IMG/VR virus record: IMGVR_UViG_3300033146_001643
Span: 1-64,000 of that record
Source of the DNA: a virus
Length of the DNA: 64,000 bases
Direction: 5' to 3' (one strand)
In this document: positions 10,904 through 22,900 of the stretch, one piece after another
How positions within the stretch are numbered: position 1 is the stretch's first letter
Layout of the letters: each line of letters starts with the position of its first letter
Program-made: the position numbers and the translations under genes
Notes under the pieces: model-generated
Told to the model about the DNA's origin: nothing
Databases searched by the model: none
The model's input: only the letters and a program-made list of their open reading frames with translations

Positions 10904-13900
10904 ATGCCTGAAGATAAAATTAAATTAACCCCAATAACTATTAACGAGAACAGTGTTGCTAATACAAATAGTAATACTATTCCACCAATAGTGCCTAATA
11001 ATAATTTAGGCTTAAATAGTGATGACCCAATGGTTACTGCTAATCAAGCGTTACAAGAGCAAAATACGCAAATAGTTGATTTTAACGCACCAGCTGTATT
11101 GCGAGGTGTTAACACTAGATTAAATTATAATATAGAAGATTATGCTAAATATACTAATGGACATTTAGATGTTCCATGGACTAATGATATTGAAAGTTTG
11201 AACACAATGCGAGCCACTAATCAATCATTATTAGAAAAAGGGTGGAGAACTGTTAACCCATTAGCTAGGATAGCTAGTGTTGGTTTGGGGTTAATTAAAG
11301 ATATTGGTTATATAGCAGAATTACCTGAAGTAGTTATAGGGAAATCTGATTTTAACAATGGTTTAATAGAATGGGCTACTAAAACTAAAAATGATATTAT
11401 TCCTAGAGCATATAGAACTAATCCAGGTAAGACATTTGATTTTGGAGACCCTACGTGGTACTTAAATAATGGAGCTGATTTATGGGATAGTATAAGTGAA
11501 TTTCTCTTACTTGGTTATGGTATTGGTAAAGTAGCATCTTGGACAAGTAAAGGTTTAATTTCTATAGCTAAAACAGGTAAAGCATTAGAGACTGGGATTA
11601 ATTTAACTACTAAAACATTATCTGCGGCTAGTTTAACCTATTTTGAATCTGCTTATGGAGCTACAGATGCGTATCAACGTATCAACACCAGTTTATTATC
11701 ACAAATTAATCCATCTACTGGAAAAATGTTTACTCCAAAAGAAGCACATGAATACGCTAGTGGCGGAGCTTATACTGCATTTGGTACTAATATGGTCGTA
11801 GGCACAATATTAAATATGCCTACAATGGAATTAATTATGCCTGCTAAACGTACTGTAGTTAAAGGAGCTAGTACATTAGCAGGGTTAGAGGGCGAGACTA
11901 TTGCAGAACAACTTACTAGACTACAATCATTGGATTTATCTAATGATATTATTAAAAAGGCTATGACCGAGTATAGTGCAGGAAAAATATTATTAGAAGG
12001 AAATAATGAGGGAATTGAAGAAATATTAAATAATTGGGCAGTACAAGTTGGAGTTGATATGGGGGAAGCTAATGCACAGGGGGATAATCAACATTGGTAT
12101 GAAGCATTTGCTAGAATTGATACTTTAATGAGTCAAGCTATGAGCCCAGAAGGAGTATTAGCTTATACATTAGGGGCTATAGGTGGTATAGGACAAACTA
12201 TGGGAATGAAAGTATTACCTAGTTCTTTAGGGTATGAAAGAGATAAGGGTGGGAATATACAATATACTGAAAGTGGGCAACCAATAAATAAAACTGCTAC
12301 AATACTTGGGCAAGAACGTAATTGGGGATTTAATTTAGCTAATCAAAAAATTGAAGAAAACTTTGATGTGTATAATGTTCAACGAATGAATATTATAAAA
12401 GATTTAGAATTTATAACTGACACTAATAAAAGAATTACTAAACTAGAGAATAGTAATAATTCAGAAGATATTGCTGAAGCCGAAAGATTACGAAATGATT
12501 TATTTGCATTAAGTTCTTATCATTCTGTATTTAATCAACAAGGTGAAAATCTGATTAACACAATGAATACAGTGGCAGCTGCCGATAATACCGTTGTAGA
12601 TAAAGACGGTAAAACTGAAGCTATGCGATTAGGTATTACAAATAAACCAGACTCCGCTGTATATAAAAGCGACCATAAAGAAAAGGCTTTAGAATTAATA
12701 CCTGTAATACAAAAAGTAAATGCTGTGAATAAACGGATAATGCAAAAATATAATACAGAACAAGATATGTATTATGGTATTCCTGGATTAGTTGCAGATG
12801 TAGCTATACAAGCAACAATGGCTGAAGAAGCTTTAAATAATAAACTTACAGATAATGCTGTTAAATATGCAAATTTAACTGCATTTGGTAAATTACAATT
12901 GCAACAACAAGTGTTATCTACTATACTAGCGGATAAAAAGTCTTTTGCTTCATATATAGAGAATATAAAAAAAGAAGTGCTTAGGAACAGACCCGCATTT
13001 ATAACTGATAATAAAGTAGAACAAATAACTAGGTATAAAAAAGTACTTAAAAATAAATTAAAAGCAATAGAATCGCAATTAAAGACATTTGAAAATGCAG
13101 ATAATAAAATAGTTTTAAATAATACTACTACTGAAAACGCATTAACCGATATAGATAATATTACTGATTTATTAGTAGAAGAGGAGTTACTTAAAATGAA
13201 TAGTTTTGTTAATAACGCTTCTTATAAATATATAATTAAACGAAGTACTTTATCTAAGGTAAAAGAACAAAAAAATAAATTATATGAAGCTACAAAATTA
13301 GCACAAAAAAAAGCTAGGGATAAAAAAGTAAAAGCTGTTAAGACTAGAATGGCTAAAGATATTAAGAATACTATAACAAGAAATAAGAAAAAAGATATTA
13401 AGAAAGCACAAGAGGTTAATACTACAGATAACACAACTATTAAAAATACTAAAGACGTTGAAATTAAAAATACTACATCTAAAGATAATAATACAATCAT
13501 TTCTGGTGAAGTGATAGTAAAACAAGTACGAGCACAAGAAGTGGTAGACGCCCTAAAAGCTATATTAGTATTATTAGATGATACAGAAGCTGTGCAAAAA
13601 ATAGTACAACAATTAGACGATTTTAACGCTAAAAATCAATACAAGGAACAATTATCTACACTAATTGCTATAACTAAACAATTAGTAATTGAATATAATG
13701 GTGATAGTTTAATAACTGATATTATCAATAAACAATTAGCTGAAGTTATTGTTTTAGAAAATATCAGGAACGCGAATAATACGCAAACAAAAGTTAGCAA
13801 TAAAATAGATAATTTAACTAATGAGCAGTTATCTACAGAGAAAGAAATTGATATAATAAAGTCTAGTAAAGTGGCTAAACCAATTCTTATTACGCCACAA

Positions 13901-16900
13901 AATACCGAAGAATTGGTGGGTATAATAGATATTCTAAAAACTATAATATTATTATTACCTGAAAATAAAGATACAAAAATAGTATCTAATAAATTAGATA
14001 CTTTAAATACAGAAACCTTAGATAGTACTGATATAGATAACTTATTAGCTCTAACAAATAATATAATAAATAGTTCAAAAATAGATGTAGATATAAAATT
14101 AACAATACAAAATTTATATAGTAACGCTATTATAAATAATAAAACTAGGTTAGCTAATAATGAAATAACTAATGCTGCTAATGATTTATTAAACACTTTT
14201 GAAGCTATAACTTCAGATACTACAGCTAGTGATGCAATTAAAGCTTCTAAACGTGGAGCTGCCTTTTTAAATTTAATTGCTCTAGCTGCTAAAGATGTTA
14301 AATCAATAGGGTTAGATATGTATAGAGATACATATAAAAGAGTACTAGTTGCTAATAATTGGAAAGAAAATGATATTAAACGTATTCACGAAATGTTTAG
14401 TACGCTTATACCATTTGCTGAGACATCTGTTGGACATGCCCCAAGTACTTATGATATAGCGTGGCAATTTAAAAATACCGTTAATTATAAAGGCGATATT
14501 ATTGATATGGCAGTACAGACAGGTAATACTGGTAAACCTTATGGATTTAGTGAAAATTCAAGTATAGAGCAACAAACTGAACAAGTAGCTATCACAGCTA
14601 AAAATTATAAAAAAGTAAATAATCCTTCAGAAAGTATTGCCAATAAAGAACAGGAAGGTGTATTGGATAAATCTACTGGTAAATATATTAATGTAGATAA
14701 TGTTACTACGTTCAGTGTAGCAGATAATATAAATATTGGTGATGAAATAATATTTAAGGTTGATACTCATTATGACGGATATATAATTACAGATATAGGG
14801 GAACGTGTCATTTGGGAAGATTATAGTAAAAATCTGGGTAAAACTTCTTCTGAATATATTAACAATGTACCAATAAAAATAACTACTAAAGATGGTAAAC
14901 TATTAGGGTATCTACATACTATTAATTGGTTATCCGAAAGTAATAATAATGTACAAGATAATATTGATATAGCAGCACACAGTACGAATCTGAATCAAAT
15001 ACGTAGAACTATTATAAATAGTGATACTCCCATTATAAGTACTGTAACTGTTAAAAAAGCTGGTTCTATTAATACAACTTATGATAATAGTAAAAATTTA
15101 GTATCAGTACAAATGCCTAATTTAAAAAATGGGGCTATAGTAGTATTTAGAAATGGTAAGTTTGAACAAGTTAAGAACAAATCTGTAGCTGTTGATAATT
15201 TACATTGGTTTAATGATTTTATATTTAGTGGCATGCCAGCTGTACTCACCACAATGAGTAATGGTGAAACTTATGCTGTACCAGTAACTAGTACTAAATT
15301 AGGAGATAAAGTAAATAGTGAGTTATTAAATGGTATAATTAATTTAATACAACTATACGCTTCTCCAAAAACAGAAGAAAATAAAATAAGTAGGAACAAT
15401 ATTGCAAAAGAATTTGGTTTTGATTCTTTATCAGCTACTACTTTATATACTATAATTTCTAAATTAGTTTATTTAGAGGGATTTACAGATGAAACTATAA
15501 TGGATTTAGCTGCTAATCAAGATAGTAAAGTACGAGACTTATTTAATATTAATAAAAAGACTGGAACTATAAGATTTGCTACTACAGCTACTAATGATAA
15601 GATTACACCTTATACTATATATGAGTTACATCAAAATGGGAATATTTTTATTAAAAAGCCTAATAAGGATAAACAAATTTTAGATAAGCAACAACTTACG
15701 AATAGTTTAGATGATATACTTGTTAAATTATCAAGTATTCTAAAAAATAAAGTAGTTAATACTGACTTGGAGATGTTAAATAACTCTGAAGTATTTATGA
15801 TACCATATACTGATGATGACGGTATAAAAGTTGTTAAATTTGAATCGTATGAAGAGTTTATTAAAACTAAACTCCTTACCAATATAGTAGAAAAAAGACA
15901 ATCTATTGGTGGTAAAATTAAAATAATTCATTCAGTACAATCTACCGTAGAATTTGACTCTACATTCGCTAATACTACTAGGCAAGAAGATTCAGATATA
16001 GCTACTAATATTAAAGATAGTATTATAGAAAAAGAAACTTCTCCCTTAGATGATTTATTTGGTAAGCAAGAATCAATGGAAGAATACACAGCTAAACAAC
16101 TAAGTAAGCCTAAATTGACAATAACTTCTGAACAGCAAGAACAGCTTAAAAATCTTGGCTATACACAAGAAGAAATTAATAAAATTAACCCTGCTGTTGT
16201 TACTTCAATATTAACTTATAAAATTAAACCAGCAGTAGAAGTTACTATATCTACTGAAGAAAAAAATATTAAATTAAAAGCTGCAAGGGAAGCTAGATTA
16301 CTTAAAAGAAAGTCTAAGAAAAAAACTACTAAAAAGATTATCAATAGTTTTGAAGCCATAACATCTAATAATAATACATTTTCTGCACTAAGCAGCACTG
16401 ATAATATTACTAATATATTAGATGCTGCATTAAAAGAATCATTAATACCTGGATTATCTAGTTATGAACAACATACTGTATTAATGAATACAATTAATAT
16501 TATTAAAGACCATATTGACGGAGACTGGACTAAGGAATCTATATCTCAAACTATAGAAGCGATATTTAATCATTATGTTGATATAAGTATAGCTTTAGAT
16601 ATAGTTAAAGATGAACAAGAATTAGACGTAATTGAAGATATAAGTGAGGAGTCTGAAGCTATACAAAATTTAATTGATACATTTAGAAAATTATCTTTAC
16701 CAAGAATACTTAGTATGAAATCAATATATGATGTTATTTCTGATGATGCTAATTATAATAAATTAGTTGATATAGTATTAAAAGATTTACAAACACATGG
16801 AATACAACTAACACAACAAGTAGATGCAATTGATGAAACAACTGATTCTGAAATGGAAAATGATAACGAAACTAGTGATATTACTATTAGAAATAAATGG

Positions 16901-19900
16901 AATATAGAAAATGCTAGCGTAAATACATTTGATAGAACGTCAAGTGAATTTAAAGCTATAATTAGAACTATTCCGCAAATGGATTTTGTGCATAATACTG
17001 ATGGCACAATCAAATTTGAAAATGGTGAACCTGTTATGCAAAAAATACTTAATGTAATGGGGACAACTGAATTTGTAGAACCAGAAAGAATACAACAAGA
17101 ACTATTTTTATTATTACAAAAATTTAGTCATTTATCAACTGGTGAAAAATATAATGCTTATATTAAAACACTATTATCAACTGACCATAACACAGCTCAT
17201 CTAGTCGTACTTGGAAAAATGTTTCAAGAAGCATCTGACAAGATAAAAGCTGAATTAATAAATACAATTAGTACCCAAAAAACTAATGCTGCTATAGTAA
17301 TATGGAAAAAGAATTTAGGTGTTGATAATAATGTGCATTATGGTATGTATGTTAAAAATAGTTCTAAACCACATGAGCTGGATAAACTTAGGAGTATTTG
17401 GAATAGTCATCAGACACAGCAAATAACTAATAAACTTATTGAGAACAACGCTAAGGGTTTACCAATAGTAAAAGCAACGAGAGTCGCTTATTGGCAAAAG
17501 TATTATATGTCGATGCTTACTGATATAAAAGTTAAGAATTTACTAATACACGCTGAAAATAAAAATAATAAAAATAATAAAACAAAGCGTAAATTACTAG
17601 AATTACCAAATATGCCTGATAATTTAGTACTTAAACTATTTAATGAGATAGGGATAAATTTAACTCAAGAACAATTAAATGAATTAAAACATATAGAGAC
17701 TAATGAATTATTAAAATCATTTTTCAACCATAAAAATATGCCTAGCGTATTTAGAATAACTAGATATCCTGATTTATTTATACCCAATGGACTTATTGAT
17801 ACTATGATTAAAGACATGGGAAATCCATTAATAGATGAGTTATTATTTGAAAATAACCCATTAACTAGTATTAACTCAAAAGTGCTAGATGCTATAGCTA
17901 ATGTACAATTAAGTATAGAAGGTGGGTATGGTACAACTACATTCACTAGAGGTAACGGAACTATGCAGCAAACATATAGCCAAAATACAGCTTTATCGCA
18001 TAAAATGAATAGACTATTGGATATAAAAGAATTACCTAATGGTGGACAAGAGATGTCAAGTGAATTTAATATGCACGCAAATAGTAATATACAATATAGT
18101 GGTAGAGATAATAATGGGGAACATAAATCTAAATGGTTAGATGATATTGAAAATGGTAAGGCAGGGCAATTCCAAGTTGGGGTTGTAGATAGCTTAAAAC
18201 AGGGGGGTGTTGATAAATCTGCTGTTTTACGAACAAAAGCTACTAGAAATGAATTATTAGTTGATGAATTAGCTAGATTTACTAATTCTGGTAATAAAAC
18301 AGCACAATTTTTAATATTAGCTTTTTCTGATAAAAGTACAGCAGCAACAATAACTGCACCTAAAATAGTTACAGATATAAGTTTTTCTAATAATAAACCT
18401 AAATTTAGACAACTACAACGTAATCAAATTTGGCAATATATATTATTACCTGAAGTAGATAGAATAAATAATCATGCAAAACGAATTATTGATGGCACTA
18501 TTACTAGGAATACTTCTGGAAATCAATATTATGAAGGTGGTCTTTTATTTCAATTAACTCCATACTTGAATACACATGAATTGATGCTAGGTGATAAGGC
18601 TATGAGAAACGAAGATGGTACAATTGATGTTACTCCAGAAACTAAGCAGTTATTAATAGATGTTGTAGAAAAAGAAATATTAGCTAGTGCAGAAGAAACT
18701 AAGGCTGACATGTTATCAGCAGGTATGTTTAGAACTAGAACAGTAAAAAATAAAAATGATAATTCAGAGACTACTATTGATGAATTACATTTTGTAGATA
18801 AACAATATTTAAGAACACTAGATAATACATTAACTACTAAACAAAAATTACAATATATAGCAATAGATTTTGCTTTTAATAAAGCTATTGCTACGACGGA
18901 GTTTACTAAATTATTTGGTGGAGATATGGCTAATGTATATAAGAATAAAGGAATATCTAAAAATAAACAATTAAATACATTTATCAAAAATAATAAATTT
19001 AATTATGTACAATATTTAAACGCTAATAAAAATATACTGCAACAACAAATAGCTAAACAATGGGGAGAATATATTAAGAGAATGGCTAAAGATATAGCTC
19101 CTGGTATAGATGGGTATTGGGTTGATAGTGAGGGGAGAAATCATAATATATTTAATCAAGCATATATTAATGACTTATCCCTAGATTTAAGTGGGTATAC
19201 TGGTGTGGAAGGAGGCGATGCTCAACAATATTCTACATTAAAAGAATTTGTTATTGTACAACATGGGTATGGAAAAATATCTGATGACACTTATTCAGAA
19301 CTAATGGCTCAAATTGAAGAAGTCGAACTTATAAATAAAGAAATTATTGATAAAAATAAAGATAAGCCATTGAGTGAAATACTACCATTATTAGAACATG
19401 TGGATTTAACTAATGATTATTTAACAGAATTAGAAGAAGCTGTTAGAATATCACCATTAAAACCTGTATACGTAGGAGATGTAATTAACGAAGAACAAGG
19501 TAGAATTGATAAAAAATATATTAAAGTAGCAGTATTCCCACTTATAGGGAACGCCACTACTGGTACAGAGATTGATTATTTAAGAAGAAGAATGGAGTAT
19601 GAAGAAATAATTACTGGTAAGCCAGTTAATATAACATATACATCAGGTGTTAAAATTGGATTAAATAATGTAAGTACTGTATGGAAACCTAATACTACTA
19701 CTAATGCTACACATGCTGTAGCTAATAAACACGGCATAGAAAATATGCAATTTGAACAATTGCATAGAGACGGGTATAGAATACAACAAGAAGAACCAAC
19801 ACATGTTCATACAGAAACTGTAACAGTTACACAAGCTAACAAATTGTTATGGAGTGGTATTATGCGTATATTAGATAATACTGGTGTACTTTCTGGGTTT

Positions 19901-22900
19901 AAACATAATGGTAGTGATATGAACGTTGAGGAGTTAAAAGAGCAATTTCACACAATTAAAAAACAATTATCAAATAATGGCGTAGACCAGTTAAACAGGC
20001 GATTAGGATTGAACACTGACGGTACGTTTAAAGATTTAACTAAATTAGTAGCATTAATTAAAGATGAGATGTATACAAGAAATTACCCAGAATCTGATAT
20101 AGCTAGTATGGAAATGACGTCTATTGATGGACAACAACAAATTAAATTACCAATAGCTTTTCAAGGTAATGGACAACGCATAGAAGCATTAATTAATTCA
20201 ATAATAACTAAAGAGACTATTAAAACTAAAATGCCTGGCAGGTCTTATGTTCAAGTATCTGGACATGGTATTGGGTCAGTCAAATCATTAAGCAATACAC
20301 AAAAATCTGATATAGTTTTTACTGAATTATATACAGATAACCATTTAAAATTTGTAACTAATGAAAATGGTGTTGTTACCTATGCTCAATGTTTAGTGCC
20401 GTTTAATATAACAGCTCCAAATGGAGAATTATACAAAATAGAAGATTTTTTAATTACTAAAGATGGTAAACAATTATTAGATACAACTAGACTACCTAAA
20501 GATATATTAAAACTAATAGGGTTACGTATTCCTAATCAAGGGCATAGTTCAATGTTATTACTTGAAATAGCTGGATTTTTACCAAGTTATATGCATGATA
20601 ATATAATAGTACCCCCAGAAATAACTGCTCAAATGGGGGCTGACTTTGATTTTGACCATTTATATACATATAGTTTTAATACAGAACAAAGATTAACTGC
20701 TGAAGCATTTAATACTTATAAAGAACAATTTGATAATTTAATTGATACTAGGGGTATAATAAAATATATGAATCAACAAGTAGCTGAAAAATATGTAGGC
20801 TTACAAAATAAATTACAAACAGCTACAGAAGATGATAAGAAAATTATCAGTAAAGAAATTAAAAAGTTACAATTAAAAGCTAAAAAGAAATTATATATAG
20901 AGTTTTTAAATAATGGAAATAATGTTGTTATTGCTAAAATTAATAGTGCTGTAACAGATTATTCTATAGCTTCTAAAGAGGAGTTACAGAATGCTTATGT
21001 AGAAACATTCCATACTGTACTTAGTCATACTGCTGTGGCTAAAAAAATGACTACCCCATTAGATTTGCCTTATTTAGCTAGTGAGGCTGATAAAATAGAT
21101 AAAATTATAAATAGTATAGGGGAAAATAATTTCAACCCATTATCAACACGATTCTCTACTGATATGTATTTAGCTAATCAAGCTGGTAAATTAGGTGTAG
21201 CTATACAAAGTATAGCGTCAACATTTTTAGCTTTAATAGAAGATAAGTCTTTAAAATTAACTAACTCGGTAAATAGAAATAAAATTGACCTTAACATAAA
21301 AATTAGTACTGATAATGGAGTAATTAAATTAAATAAACTTGGTCTAGGTAATTATACCAACACTAAAGGTGATAATATATCAAATGCTGACATATTGTTA
21401 ATGTTACAAAACGAAGCTGTAGATAATGCAAAAAATCTTAACCTAGCATCTTTGTTTTATAATAAAGATACAGCTAGTATTTATAATGTATTAGCTATGT
21501 TGATTAGTAACAATAAAGAAACTTTACCATTAGAATTTCTAGTTAGATTTATAAACCAGGAAGCTATTAAAAGTTATATTAATAAATTACAGGAAACTAG
21601 TAGCACTATAGCAGAATTTACACCTAATGCTAAACAAAAAATATTTGATGATTTACTAAAAGAATATATTAATAAAGGGGCTAATAAAACAGAAATTAAT
21701 AATTATGTGGGAACAATATCTAATGGAAATTATACTTATACATATACAGAGTCAGACTTATTAAAAGCATTAAAAAGTAAAAAGCGGGATTCTAATTATT
21801 ATCAATTACAAGCAGAAACATTAATATTTGTAAAAACATTAATGGATAACGTTATACAACCAGTTCAAAATGTAATATCAGCTACTAATGGCATAGACAC
21901 AGTTGGATTAGGAAAAGATATATTTACTACTATAGCTAAACAACAAGCAGTACAAACATATTTATTAGAAAATAGTGTAGTACTTGGAGCTGGGTCTATA
22001 ATATATGATACTGATAACAATTATACGGAAATTGGTACTATGTACAATAATAGTGTAAACTTATCATTAAAAATATTAAGTACTACAACTAATAATGACG
22101 GAACTTCTATTTTACCTTACACGTCTAAGTACGCAGAAAAAATATTTATGAATTATGCTGATATATTAGGTAAAGACATACTATCTGTACAAGATTATAA
22201 AGATATATGGCGTGCTACTAAACAGCTTATAGTTAGTAAAATTATATATAATACTACTAATGCAGATAGTTTAGCAAACTTACGTAAAAGTTTATTTTTT
22301 GGAGATACTTCATTAGGAGTACAGCTTAAAAACGTAGAAAATGAGCCGTGGTTTAAAGAAAATAGATTCTTACTAAATGGTATAAATAGATTAATTGTTA
22401 AAGATGATAATGTTATAAAATATAATAAAGAAACGTCTAAATATGAAGCATTAAACAATACAACTCCTATATTAGTTAAATATGAAATGGGGGTTAAGAA
22501 AGATACAGATGACTATAGAAATATAGAAGCTATATTAGAGTTATTATATACATCTATTAGTGAATATGAAACTATAAAAGATAATATATTAGATACAGAT
22601 ATACATAAAGCTATTATTACTAAATATGAATTTGCTCAAAGTTTAGTTAACTATACTATATTAGAAGGAGGTATACAAAATGCTCAAAACTGGGTTAAGT
22701 ATTTACCAATATCATATTTAGAAGCTATAGGATTTAATAAATCAATTAGAGATATAAACTTTAATTCTATTGATGTATATGATACAATTAGTAGCCCAGA
22801 AGTAATTATACGACAATATCTACAACATAACCCTAAAAAGGCTAAAACTTTTAATCCACAATATGTTAAAAGCACTACTAAAAATAATAATATAATCACA

